Assembly (NCBI GenBank): GCA_028534125.1
Contig: CM052816.1
Span: 23,500,001 to 23,564,000 of the forward strand
Direction: 5' to 3'
Source of the DNA: Lama glama
Lineage: Eukaryota
Length of the DNA stretch: 64,000 bases
The stretch's first letter is position 1, and each line of letters opens with the position of its first letter. The notes beneath the pieces were generated by a model that saw only the letters and a program-made list of their open reading frames with translations, had not been told where the DNA came from and ran no database searches. Of the stretch, positions 12,800-25,299 are shown piece after piece. Position numbers and translations under genes: made by a program.

Positions 12800-15400
12800 G
12801 CATTTTTTCCTACCTCCTGCAGGCTGGAATGTGGTCTTCATGCTGAAGAATCAGCGTCCATGATGCAAATGTCAAGAACATCCTGAGAGGTGCTAGAAGA
12901 GTAATATGGAAGAGATTCTTTTCCCTGGATATCTTTTTGGCTCGGAGCCATCTACTTGGCTTTTGGATGACTATGTGAGAGAAATATAAACTTCTCTTTT
13001 ATTTGAGCCACTATGTTTTTTAGTCACTTCATTATATTAGCTTAGGTTTGTTTAGAAATTAGCACCTGAATGTGGAATATTGCCACAACAAAGCCTGCGA
13101 TATTGACTTATTAGTTTTCCATTGAGCAGCAAGAAGACAGATGGTACAGCCTGGAAAACTGATTATATTGTGGCAAACATTTGACAGATCTCTGCCTGTG
13201 CTGACTCTGAATGCAAAATTCTGTGCAGACTGAGACTGTCTCTACAGGGCAAGTGTTTTTAAAAGGTGAAAATATTCATAAGTTGACTGCTCCTTACTGC
13301 ATTTAAGCAAGATGCTACAATGCACGAAAGAATTAGCCAGTTTGCAAATAATAAGGACCATTTTTCTCCTGTATAATTATTACAGAGGATGGGATGTAGT
13401 GTTGTAAGTCCGTGGTGAGACAGAAAGCAGTAAGGACTCTACTAACGCTACCTGTGGCCCAAATCAAAATGGACCGAGATTCCAGCAATTTGGGGAAAAG
13501 CCAACTGCAGCAATGCCTCCAAACAAGAAATAAAAGGGTTACTCAGAGGTTTTCCCAAGAGCCTCGCATTTCTTTTCTCTGTCAGACAGCAAGAACCAGC
13601 TCAGCAGCAGCAAGACTTAGGTTAAGATTTTGACACATCATCCAGGTCAGCCCATCCAGGAGGCCCCAGAGTAGGCACCAGTGAACTGAGGGTGAGGGGC
13701 ACAGGCGAAACATGAAAGACAACCAAGGAAACAGCTTAAGGTTCAAAAATAATGAGCGGTCACCATGAGCTACCATTTCCCACCCAGGAGGACAGTGATA
13801 ATCAAAAAGACAGATAACGTCAAGTGTCGGCAAAAATGGCAAGAAACTGCAAATGTCGTGCATTACTGGCTGGAATACAAAATGGTAGAGACACCTGGGA
13901 AAACAGTTTGGCATTTCTTCAAAATGTTAAATACAGAGTTACTGTATGTTCTAAGTATATGCCCAAGAGAAACAAAAACATATCCACAAAATCTGGTACT
14001 TGATTGTTCATATCAACATTATTCATAGTAGTCAAAAAGCAGAAACAACCCAAGTATCCATTAAGTGATGAACAGATAACTAAAATGCTTAACGTTCATA
14101 CAATTGAATATTATTCAGCAAGAAAAAAGAAACGAGGGACTATTACATACTATAACATAGAGGAATTTTGAAAACATTAAGGTAAGTGGAAAAAAAAGTT
14201 TCAAAAGATCACAAAGTGAATGATTTTCATTTATATGAAATGCCAGAATAGACAAACACAGAGAGACAGAAAACAGACAGCGGTAGCCCAGGGCTGCTGG
14301 TGCGTGGTGGCAGGAGAGGGCATGATGAGAATGGGAAGTGACAATCAGTGGATACAGGATGTCTTTTGAGGTGGTTAACTTGTTCTAAAGGTGATTTCAA
14401 GACAGTTGCAAAACTTTCTGAATATGCTAAAGATCACTAAATTACCTTCAAACAGTCTCAAGTGTTTAAAACACTTTAAATAGGTGAATTATTTGGTCTG
14501 AGAATTATATCTCAATGATGCTGTTAAAAAATTATGACCAGGTAAGATGTTAGTTACAATTAATTTCATATGAGACTGGCTGTGAATATATAGATGGGAA
14601 CCTACGGGCTTGTTTTTGATTTGAAGGAAGAGTATTGCCAGAGAAATCACGAGCTTGGCCTGCGATGCCTGTGACTGCTCAACCCTTAAGGCGAACTCCA
14701 GGCTTCGAAACATGCACAGAAATCAGTTCGAAAGACAAGAAGCCCCAAAGAAGGCAGTCTCCAGTGGCCAATTCAGATTCAAGATATGGTCTGTAAGAGA
14801 ACAAAACCCGGGCTCACGAGGACAAGGATGGTCACGCAAGGGTGCAGAACCAGGGTCTAAATAAGGAACTTAACTCGACTGCCCGGTCAGGGAGTCCTTA
14901 CAATTCCTGCCCAGTGGGGCCTGTTTGATGTGCATCACCGAGTGCCGTGGGTTTCCCATTCTTCCCTTTGCTGAATGGGGTTTTTACTGCTGTTAACCTG
15001 TTCCTACCCCAACATTCTTTCACGCGCACGCGCGCGCGTGTGTCTGTATGTGTGTGTGTGTCTAGGCATGTAATGGGGAGAGAAGGGGCAGATGACTTGT
15101 CTGTTAGTTTATATTACCTCTGGACAATGAGGAACCATATGTGACCTTGCAGACAAGGCTGTCCTGCCCAGAAATGCTGGAATCTGAGCCTGGACACTGT
15201 AAGTGGACAGACTGGACTTTGTCTTTCGGTTGCCTCCCTTGTGGCGGGAAACGAGTGTGTACTCTGCGTGGATAAAAATGGTGTGTATGTTGAGATGGTA
15301 TGTATCCTCCTTCCATGCACTTGTATCCTGGGAAGACGTGAGGCGGGGCAAGGGAAATAAAAGGAATTGAATTAGATGGCTGTGGGCCGGCAACAGGCTA
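12800..15400. mobile_element. Probable MaLR LTR plus internal sequence, interrupted by an L1
   Basis: MLT-like LTR end (tgtgagagaaatataaacttctc...tttgagccact) followed by MaLR-internal-like sequence on both sides of the L1; boundaries approximate. Confidence 0.4.
13762..14530 (+). mobile_element. L1M ORF2 end plus 3' UTR
   Basis: ggaaaacagtttggcatttcttcaaaatgttaaatacagagttac...gaattatatctcaat. Confidence 0.8.
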
Positions 15401-15944
15401 GTTGCTCAGGCTAACCAGGCTAAAACCAACGATCACAGAAACACTGATTATTCTAATTTGATCACCCTGAACCCTCGACATGCTTGGGACACAGACCAAC
15501 ACTCCATCCTGCAAAAGTGGCAGGTCCTGCAGGTCAGCCCCGGGTGGAGAGGTGCGCACAGCATTAGCCAGCCGCCGGTCGGCCCTACTCTGTGCTCCAC
15601 CTTTAGATCACCGATTTCTTTTATTTCCCTAGGGTGTTTTTTAGTTTCTAAGGAAGAAGTGATCGCCTCAGCAAACAGCTGTCCCTTTTCTTCTCCCTTT
15701 TCCATTTTTAATATCTCTGTTCCTCTGTACCTCCTATCACTTCTAGGTCAGGTGAGGTAAGTCACGTATTAATAGAAAAATTACCCATTTCACTGAAGTT
15801 TTCTAATTTGTTTACTGAATTGAGTAAAGTGAGACCTTCTAACTCATTTGAAATTCTTTGAAATTGGTTTTAAATTCTCATTTCTTTTATGTATGTATGC
15901 CATCTATTTCTTTTAAAATATGTTATCTTTTTACATTTTTTTCC

Positions 15945-16042
15945 TTATTTTTTATTGAAGTGTAGTCGATTTACAACATTAGTTTCAGGTGTATAGCAAA
16001 GTGATTCAGCTATACATACACATATATACATACATATTTTTT
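15945..16042 (-). mobile_element. Short young L1 3' end
   Basis: tttttattgaagtgtagtcgatttacaacattagtttcaggtgtatagcaaagtgattcag. Confidence 0.7.
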
Positions 16043-17009
16043 CAAATGTCTATTTGAATCTCCTTTCAGATGTTACTTTACCTTGTTTACTGGGATATTC
16101 CTTCTTTTCAAAATACTTAGCTGAATTGCTTTCCAAATATATTTTAAAAAGAAAATGACTTACCCCTCATGCGAGGAATCAGTTTTTAGAAGAAGGCTGA
16201 TATGACGTCTGAAGGGATGTTAATTGCTCGATCCCTCCACGCGTGTACTAAGTTAGACACATAACGTAATGCAGGGAGGTAAGAAGTGAGCTTTCCTCCC
16301 CATGCACACAGCGTCTTTGGGCTTTAAGGAGCCTAGGGCTGCACTTTTTCCTGTCTTGCCTTTTCAAGGACCTCATGCTGATTTCTTTCTGGTTATTCCT
16401 CACCGTGAAAGGGAGGCCTTTTTCGTGGCCAGGTCTTTGTTAAAACGTGGGATGAGAAACAGGTCAGGGAAGGGAAGGAGCTGGGTCAGCAGAGAGCTCC
16501 AGTTTGGACCCAAAGTTTCCTGTTGCTTCCCGACCAGAGATGTACCGGGCATTCACGTGCAGCCAACCCAGGCTGGCAAGAAAACACTGGGGCCCCAGGA
16601 GGTTGCACGTTTGGGGGTGATGGAGTGTTTGGCAGATCTGATAGTTGCTTCTCTTGCTCTGATCAAAATCAGCGGCTGGAGAGCTGCCTGTCTTGTGCTT
16701 TTCTCAAACTCCCTGGCACACTGTCCACCTGTCTTTGCCTCACTCATCCTTGTCTTACCTTTCACATCTGCATGTCACACGGGAGTCAGGGAGGCTTCCC
16801 TCAAGCATCTTTCCAAGCAAGGAGTCACTGGGTCGGACCCTCAGAGTATGGAACACATTTTGAAGGGCTTCACATAATACAAATGATCTGTGCGTGTTAC
16901 TGAGTTTATGTTACACACAGCACACATCAACCCCATTTTCCACCACACTTTCCTCTCTTCTTCAAAAAGTGTGGCTCTTGGTTGTGATTGCTTTCCTGGT
17001 TCATCAGAA

Positions 17010-17250
17010 ATAATAATTATTGTATTATTATAACATATAGTAAATGCTTACCTGGTGCCAGGGCAATCTTCTGAACGTTTACAAAACCCCTATGAGGTAA
17101 AGACATCATCATTCTCAGTTTAGAAGTGAGAACAATGAGGCACGGAGAGATTAAGGAATCTGCCCAAGACGGCACAGCTAGTAAAAGGTAAATTCAGAAG
17201 TCGATCTCAGGCAGTCTGGCCGAGAGCCCCTGCTTTTAACTGCTATACAT
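17010..17250 (-). mobile_element. MIR SINE
   Basis: Core ...gaggcacggagagattaaggaatctgcccaagacggcacagctagta...aggcagtctggc. Confidence 0.8.
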
Positions 17251-17348
17251 TCTGCATAGTTCCACTCGTTGATTTGGGTTCATTTCAGATAGAAGATCAG
17301 GACACAGATGCCTTTACTTTAGATAACGTTACTGGAAGTCCTCTTTAC

Positions 17349-17506
17349 ATTTTAAAGAGTGAGAGTGCTTTCAAATTTTCAAGGTCTTGGATAAGAAAGA
17401 ACGTATAAAACGTTCATAATTTCATTTCGTGACTATATTCTACTCATTTAAGCAATCCTGGGAGCTGAGTCTGAGGGTAAACTCTCGGCTATGAAACTAT
17501 TAGGCT
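17349..17506 (-). pseudogene. Exon (SLIVS*PRVYPQTQLPGLLK*VEYSHEMKL*TFYTFFLIQDLENLKALSLFK)
   Basis: Weak acceptor, donor AAT|gtaaag; phase 0-2, matching the 2293 exon. Confidence 0.55.
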
Positions 17507-17853
17507 CTTTTTTAAAAAATATATCACAATAAAGAAGATGCAAATTCAATTTTAGAGCTTAAAACAACCTAAAAGCCATGGAATGAATAAATGTCAATTT
17601 TAGCAGAAAATGGAGATGTAATAAGTATAATTTTTAAATATTATGTGTAATTGAAGTCAGAGGCAACGAAGACTCATTATATCAAGCAGGCAAATCCCAC
17701 CTAAAATGCAAGTGGATGGAGACGTTTCCGAGGGCAATGGAAGAGCTATCCAGAGAGGAAACGTGAGGAACGAACGGTCAGAGGGAGTTCGATTACTCCA
17801 GACTGAAAATCTTGTTTAAGAGCGAGCAATGGCTGAGAAGTAAACAAACAAAC

Positions 17854-18041
17854 TTCAGAGAATCGCAAGTAGTGAGTCTTGTTTTTGGCTTGCTTAAGTA
17901 CGGAATAGAAAATTGTAAATTTGTTCAATGAAGTCTTGTATACATGTGCTACCGGACAGGGAGCTACAGGTGGCTGAGGGAGGGTTGCCTGCAAATTTCT
18001 CAGAAGTCTTCACGTGTTCTCAGTAGGAAGAAGAAACATAT
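17854..18041 (-). pseudogene. Exon (DMFLLPTENT*RLLRNLQATLPQPPVAPCPVAHVYKTSLNKFTIFYSVLKQAKNKTHYLRFSE)
   Basis: Acceptor gtcctcag, donor GAA|gtttgt; phase 1-0; overlaps ORF 17746..17994. Confidence 0.6.
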
Positions 18042-18419
18042 CTGAGGACTGGGCCAGTGGTCTCACCATTCGGCTGCCGTGGTAAGGGACACAGTCATTC
18101 TATTCCAAATGCCCCCGGAAAGGATGGGTAAGACTCAGGGGTGGTCTGTTTTAAGAGCAAGAACCAAGTGGGGGCAAGGTGCGCATGAAGGACCGGTGGA
18201 ACCCAACCAAGGCCAAAGCAAGTGAACCAGTCTTGAGTCTATCAGCAGCGCACATCAACAGCTCAGTGTCCTTAGGGTGTCCAGTGATGCAGGAAAAAGG
18301 AAGCTGCCACAAAGGCCAATAATGATCCAGAGGACAGCACAAACCACAAGATGAGGAACAACTACAGAACGTAATGAAACATTCATAACCTAGCAGTAGG
18401 AAATGAAAGATTTGTTAAC

Positions 18420-18563
18420 CATTGTGCAGTCTTAGAAGATTCTCTCCTTTTCTTACGAGACTATTCAAATGATGGGTGAATGAGAAGTCTGGTCATCTAA
18501 GGTTAAATCTTTTCAAGTTAGTTTAGAGTTAAAAGTATCTCAGAGGTAAAATTAATTGACCTT
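18420..18563 (-). pseudogene. Exon, module E start (GQLILPLRYF*L*TNLKRFNLR*PDFSFTHHLNSLVRKGENLLRLHN)
   Basis: Acceptor gctttttag, donor ATG|gttaac; 144 nt, phase 1-1. Confidence 0.6.
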
Positions 18564-18646
18564 CTAAAAAGCTACAATAGGCTGTGAGATAGGAAGGGCT
18601 GCGAGTCAGTCTCTTGTCTCCTGGTAGACCTGGTCCAGAACAGGCA

Positions 18647-19021
18647 GTGTCTTAGTTTGTCCTGTCTGCCAATGACCAATGACCAATGACCAGGTAGCTT
18701 ATTTTTAAAAAACCCAAAAAACTGACACTCAGTGTCCACAGTCCTGGAGGCTGGGAAGTTTAAGATCAAGGTGCCGACGTGTCTGTGTTCTGGTGAGAGC
18801 CCCTCTCCTCCTGGTTCACAGATGGCACCTGCTGCGACTTCCTGCTGGAAGGGGCAAGGATTCCTTTGCAGCCTGTTATAAGGCACTAATCTCACTCATA
18901 AGGGCTCTGCCTTCATGACGTAAGTACCTCCGAAAGGCCGCTTTTCCTAACACTGACATCCACGGGGGTTAGAATTTCCAGATGTGAATTTGGGAGGGAT
19001 GCAAACATTCAGACCACAGTG
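18647..19021 (-). mobile_element. MLT1A-like MaLR LTR
   Basis: cacagtcctggaggctgggaagtttaagatcaaggtgcc...gcaaacattcagaccacag. Confidence 0.8.
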
Positions 19022-19496
19022 GTCAGCTCTAGGAAGTGATGATGCTGATCAAGGAAAACTAAGTAGTCGAGCTGCTTTGAAAGAGAGTTAAAGAACATCA
19101 TTTCCCTAACGGGAGAACCTGCCCTCAAAACTGGACAGGCAGCAATTTCAGAGGCTACAGTATGACTGAGCATCATAGGTAAGGGTTGAGGTTAAGCTAT
19201 CAGAAAACAAAGATCTAAAGATCTCAAAGAAACAAAAAGGAAGAAATTCAGGTTAACAAAGGAACAGATTAAACTAATATACAGAAAAATACTCTTTGGG
19301 GACCCAGAGACAAGGATAGGTTTTATAAGATAAAAAAATCAGCAAAAGAGTCAAGATGTGGCCAGAGATCCCAGAGATTTAAGGACAGAAATATGGGAGA
19401 TTTGCACAAAATTTCACTGAGTAAATTCACAGTTTCTCCGATGGAATGATGTTTCTAGTAAACTGAATACTGTGTACTCTGAACTCAGATTTATAC

Positions 19497-19680
19497 CTGT
19501 ATCTAACATCAAGTCCAGTTAAGGAGTATTTATCCAGTCAACCTTTTCTTTGCTTGTTACTTGATCCACTTCATTCTCAGCCCTCTAAATGCCTTCATAG
19601 TTTTGTTTGGTTTTACTGAAATTCCTTCTTCCATTAGCTCTTTAGAGTATACTCCGATTTGTTAAAGACTTAGGACCATG
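19497..19680 (-). pseudogene. Exon (HGPKSLTNRSIL*RANGRRNFSKTKQNYEGI*RAENEVDQVTSKEKVDWINTP*LDLMLDT)
   Basis: Acceptor cattttcaaaacag, donor CAG|gtataa; phase 0-1. Confidence 0.6.
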
Positions 19681-20368
19681 CTGTTTTGAAAATGTCAGTA
19701 AAGAGAAGAGCCAGGTGTCATGGCAGCAGTGCCCATCTGGTTCTGGGTCCCTGGGAGGTCCATGGAACTGGCCAGAACAGGCAGAAATCAAAGCAGAATG
19801 CAACCTAGACTAACGTTGAGCCCCTCCTTCTGGATTCCTCTTGCCTGGCAGGAACATGAACGGACAGTAACTCAGCCAGTAGGGTTCTTCTGTTACCTGT
19901 TTTCCCCTTCTTCCATTAATTGTAAGACCCTCACTTTTTATCTGAGTACATAGCTACTACATTGAAGTCTCGTTTCCACTTTCCATTGCAGAATGGAGGG
20001 GCCAAGGAAGGTGACCTGAAGAGACATGTGACGCTCTGGGGGTATGCCCTTAAAGGATCATACCCTCCCCTCTTTCTGTCCCATTGCACTTCCCAGAAGG
20101 AAACATAATAGCACGAGAGCTTGGGCAGCTTTCACTGACGACTAGATGGAAGATTCTTGTTACACAGGGCAGAGCAACACAGTGGAAAGATTCTGAGTTT
20201 TTAATAACGGGGGGTCCTCTCTACCACCCTGGACAAACTCCTGTCATTTTACACAAGAGAGAAATAAATGTCTGCTTTTAAAGTTCTTGCTTACTCCATT
20301 TGTTACAGAAGTAAAATCAGTTCTGCAGGTCGCAGACTGAAATAATCTACAAAACTAGATATTTTTAC

Positions 20369-20545
20369 ATGTGACATTTGTGGAATCATCCACCTCTATA
20401 CCATATTTTCTCATTTCTAATGCCTGTAGAGAATAGCTAAAGTCATAACATCAAGGTATTAAAATTTTACGAAAATGCTGTCATTGTCCCTTGGCAGTAT
20501 ATATGACTTGTCCTTGTCAAGGAAGAACTTCTGTGCTTCCATTTG
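20369..20545 (-). pseudogene. Candidate exon (QMEAQKFFLDKDKSYILPRDNDSIFVKF*...)
   Basis: Acceptor cttctgtgctcag, donor CAT|gtaaaa. Confidence 0.45.
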
Positions 20546-20829
20546 CTGAGCACAGAAGTATAAGGCCCTGTGCTGCATGTATTTCAGTAGATATTTGATT
20601 TTAGTTTGATGGCAGGCTACACAGTACATGCTATTCTCTTCTTTACAGAAAAGAAATTGAGTTTCAGGGAACTACAAAAACTGACCGCAGAGTAAGTGAA
20701 GCATATAACAGTATATATTTGGAAATAGTAAAGCTTTAGAATTATATGTTACTTGAATAAAAATAAAACTGTTTATTTCAAATGAAAAGAGTATTTTTCT
20801 TCATATTTTCCCCAAGGAGAGCAACTCAC

Positions 20830-20894
20830 TATTACAGTCTTCCAACTCAGAGAACATCGTCAAAACCAGTAAAAAAATTTCCAATATCAAAACT
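20830..20894 (-). pseudogene. Small candidate exon
   Basis: Acceptor ttttaatag, donor ATA|gtgagt. Confidence 0.4.
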
Positions 20895-22729
20895 CTATTA
20901 AAATTAGTGGGTTATGAAACTACATTCTAAACCCTTATATAAAGTTTACTATAACAAATAAATGCATTACAGAAATAAAATAACCATACCCAGACATATA
21001 CACATATATTCATAAACATACTTGATGTCCTATATTTTCTCAACTGTCAAAGACTCAGGCGAAGCTGTTCTCTAGTTTTTAGGTTAACATCTTAAGTCAG
21101 GTCACTTAAAGTCATAAAATAGTATAATCTTGCCAACAAGACTGTGGAAATAACTGTTGTTCTTATTTTATATACTATTACTTATTATACACTATTATTT
21201 ATTAGCTATTTTTCCCAAGGATGCCCAGCTAAACAAAAGTGAGATGGAAACAGATCCCAAACCAAGTTTTGCAAGTCAGCATTACAATCGCAGATCTCCA
21301 AAATAAAGAGTTGTGGTCTATAGTCGACAACATGCAGGGCTTAATTGTATCGGCTTGGACTGAATTCACATCTCATCTTGGCTTTGATTTGTATCTTTGG
21401 GTAAAATATTTAGTCAATCTAAGTGGACCACCTCTAAAATAGGAACCCAGTCTGGCGCACTTAAGGTTGCAGGCAGTATCAAAAGTGACAACGCAAAGTG
21501 TAGGCATTTGCATGTACCAAAAAGGCCTTAAAAGGTTGTTAATGTTTTATTATTATTTAGATATCATTTCTGAAGTGACAATTCAGTTTTCCATTTGGAA
21601 ACATAGACAATGTTTCCAAGGGGGAAATGTCAAAGGAAAGATAATATTTTTTGAATGAACTGAAAAACTTACAGCTGTATGGATAAGAACAGGGAACTCT
21701 AGCCCTAAGAGGGCAGGTCTGGTGCCCGTTTTGCTAATTATATCTCTTTTCACTGTTTCCCACAGTACCTAGAACTTTGTAAGCCCTCAGGAAAGACCTG
21801 TTATTAAATTGACTGTTTTATCTCATGAAAAAGCAGAAAAACAGAAACTACTCTTGTGAGTAAACTATGTGACAGATACACATATTTAGGAATGCAATCA
21901 CTGCTTTCTCATTCAGGGCTTTATTAAGTCAATGTTGAAGGCGAATTAAACAATAATAACCTCATTAGAAATCTTAAAGGAATTTTAATCTACGGCATTC
22001 TTTTCCTAAGAATAGTATTCGGCTAATTAAAGAAAGCTGAATTCAGGCATGTCTATGCTCCGACCTCAGCTAACTCTGAGGTCTTCTCAAAGCTAATTTT
22101 TAACATCCTAAATACTACCTTTCTTGATATTAATTTATAAAAACATTATAGGTTCTTTAAAAAATTTAAAAAGGGATAATGTCTTTTTAAGCTAAAAGCA
22201 AAGTATATCCTTCTCAAGTATGATAGACACCTAGAAGCTATTCACAGGTGCATTTTATCATGTCAAAATTAAAATTTTATTACTAACTCATATAGAAAAA
22301 TCTACTGAAATAAGTTGAAAAAGACAGAGGACCAAGTGGGAAAATTTGTTGTCATAAGATAAGCAAAGGGGCTTCTTACTGTTGTTGATTTAGCCCCCAA
22401 GGAATTCTATTTCTAGGAATTTTCCATACAAATAGCCTAACAATTCACAGAGATTATTCGTAGCACTTCTGTAAAGGAATTAGCCTCAAAACAGGACCAA
22501 TTAGAGAAATCATGTTATCTTTATTCCATATTATACTTAGGATAGTCATTAAAATAAATGTTTTAGTTATGGAAACATTTGTAAGTTATGTCAAGGGAAA
22601 AGAGAGTTTCTAAACATTATTTACGATGTGGTTGTCTTAGCAGGTCTGCAGGATATAGAAGCAAACAAACATACCCCTGGGTGAGCAGTTTGAAATCAGG
22701 ATAGAGGATTTGTAATATTTATGCAATAC

Positions 22730-22972
22730 CTACTTGTAGTGTCAATATTTTTTCACAAAAGACAGTTATTACTTCCACATATTTTTTGAAAGATGAAAAC
22801 CATCTGTCATATTAAATGGGAAAACGGTATCTTATTTTTTAAGGTTTCTAATTTTCTTTTGTAATTTTGAAGTGATGCTTCTTTACCTCTTCGAGCCACA
22901 AGCAAGCTTAACAAAGGTTTAATCTCAAGCCATCCTGAAAGTAGATTTACTATTCTGTGTTCACAAAGTAGC
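22730..22972 (-). pseudogene. Exon (LLCEHRIVNLLSGWLEIKPLLSLLVARRGKEASLQNYKRKLETLKNKIPFSHLI*...)
   Basis: Acceptor ccattttcag in phase 2; long open stretch; donor near 22730 uncertain. Confidence 0.65.
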
Positions 22973-23069
22973 CTGAAAATGGTGCTGTTATTTACAGAAA
23001 CAATTATTTATGACATTCAACATAAGAATTTTTTCAAGGGGAATAAGTTTTCTTAAGTGAAAAACTCAC

Positions 23070-23268
23070 TGGAGTACATTCTCCATTACCTGTCAGAAAT
23101 GTGAAATTTGGTACTTTCTCTCTTCAATGGAAGATCTGAGATTTTTTTGAAAACATAGTAAAGAGCCTAATAGAACATCTTCCCTTTGTCTTTAACTGAG
23201 TGGACTGTTAATTTGTTCAGAAATGTATTGATTTCTCTTTGTGTAATAGGAACAAATAATCACCGCAG
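23070..23268 (-). pseudogene. Exon (...REDVLLGSLLCFQKNLRSSIEERKYQISHF*QVMENVL), FERM F2-like
   Basis: Acceptor gatttttaaag, donor CCA|gtgagt; phase 1-2. Confidence 0.65.
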
Positions 23269-23353
23269 CTTTAAAAATCATTATCTATATTTTGATTAAA
23301 AAGTAGCCACAGTTATTATTTCTTATGTATTAAAAACATTCTTGTAAATACAC

Positions 23354-23414
23354 CGTAACGCTTGAAATCAATACTTCCAAAACCTTTTTACTGTTTTGCT
23401 TAGCTACTTTGTAG
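23354..23414 (-). pseudogene. Small candidate exon
   Basis: Acceptor tttttttcataaag, donor ACG|gtgtat; 61 nt gives the phase 1 the next exon needs. Confidence 0.45.
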
Positions 23415-23497
23415 CTTTATGAAAAAAATTAATTTTGCAAGTGAAATTACACTTCAAATATGTTAATTTAACTACAGGGATAAACTTTTTAACACAC

Positions 23498-23605
23498 CTT
23501 CTCTAAAATGTCCAACATAAAATGATTAGTAGACACCATCTTTCAAGTTAGTGCACAGCAGCACAATGTATTACACCATAACATCAAATAGACTTCAAGA
23601 ACTCC
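23498..23605 (-). pseudogene. Exon, module D start (GVLEVYLMLWCNTLCCCALT*KMVSTNHFMLDILEK)
   Basis: Acceptor attcttgttag, donor AAG|gtgtgt; 108 nt, phase 0-0. Confidence 0.65.
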
Positions 23606-25299
23606 CTAACAAGAATATATATATATATATACACACATATGTATGTGTGTGTGTGTATATAGAGTCAATGACTTAGAAAAAGCATTAAACGTGTTTGCTG
23701 TTTTGTAGGTTTTGAACCCAAGCAACGTTTTAATTTAAACTTTTAAGATAAGCTGAAAGTGTAATAGCCAATGTTACTGCTTCATGTTTGCAGCTCAGCC
23801 CTCTAATCCCCTAGCCTAAGGCAGTCAGCCCTCTGTGCCTTTAGAAAGATGAGAAATGGGGCCAGATTCCAATTGCCTTCTCTTCACTTGTCTTACTTGC
23901 TTGGAGCTCCTTTTGAAGTTAAGAAGGAATAAGAATCTGGCCCTTTGTTTCTAAGTGGATAGTTAATCCCCTTTAAATAAACTCCTCTGATCAACCCGCT
24001 TCTAATTAGGGTTAGACCTTTTCTCCTGCTTCAGAACTTTTCTGTGGGACTTAGAAGGTCTGGTGAATATTATACACTAAGAATAAACACACCGTGTTGA
24101 TGTAATTACATCACAAAACAGCTCTTCCAATTAACATACCACTTTCTTTATTTTTTCAAAGTGGTCCTTCAACAGGATATTTTGAGATAAACTACGGAAA
24201 ACTTCAAGATCATTTTATTTTATGACTGTGTTTCTTTCCTCCTTATGTGAATGAAGTCCCATCTCTGAAAAGGCACAGACCCCTTTAATTACCCCAATGG
24301 GAAATTAAGAGCAATAGTCTTAAATTTGGTTGGTGGATTTACTGGATGTGGCCCAAGTCCAATTAGATGAGTTCCAATTTGATCTGATCCAAAGGTTAAT
24401 TCTATCAAAAATGTTTATATGTAGAGTAGAATGTCCACACTTTTTAAAAGGGAGGATAGGTTTATGGTTAGGCAATTAGACAAGACTTTACAATGTAATT
24501 TTTTAAGCATATGAATTAATATCTGATGAAAGGTATTTTGGCCCTGGATCTAGAGCCATGAGTTCTAAATCTAGATTTATTAATTAGCTCAGCTCTCCAG
24601 ATGGAATGTCTATGCTATAATTATCTTCCACTCAATTAATTTGTTCAATATATACTTATGAAGTCAACAGAGAGAAGTTCAGTAAATGGTAAGATGTTCC
24701 CCATTGCCCTTGTCAGTGTGGGCGCTTTCTCCTCACTCCCATTCACAACTTCATTATCACTTTTTAATAGATTGATCACAACAAACTCTACTTGCTTATT
24801 TTCCTAAATGCATCAAAATACTGTGAGCTCCTTAAATGCAGGGAGTATGGCTTGTCTCATTTTAGTATCTGAGCCACTGGAACAAAGATTTAATGTACTC
24901 TAGTTGATCTGAATAAAATTAGATTTGCTGATTGTCAAAGTTGCTAACTACTCTTTTTGTTTCCCCTGCAGCTGTTTTCTCTTCTTTCCAGCCAGCAGAA
25001 CACCAGTGTACCTAGCCTCGGGGTCCAAGACAACTATGGTGGCATCACTGGCAGTAAGACAGAACTAAAACCCGTTTCTTGCAGTGAAATATAAGGGGAA
25101 GTCTCCTGGAAATAGATTCCTGGGAAAGATAAAAGGCCAGAGTGAAGTCAAGAGAACATCCCCACGTTCTTTTTTCCCTGATTGAGATGCTACCATGCAA
25201 GAATGTTATCATCACTGAAATACAAAGATGGGCCAACCAGAAAGCTCTAAAAACAAAACCAAACAACTAGGTCCTCATTTACCTAATTGCACAAACAAA

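Noticed and set aside
15021..15060. Alternating purine-pyrimidine tract with Z-DNA potential
   Set aside because: Ordinary degenerate microsatellite with no evidence of function.
16302..16903. Overlapping 191-aa and 126-aa plus-strand ORFs
   Set aside because: No recognisable domain, no splice or phase support; consistent with chance ORFs in locally GC-richer DNA.
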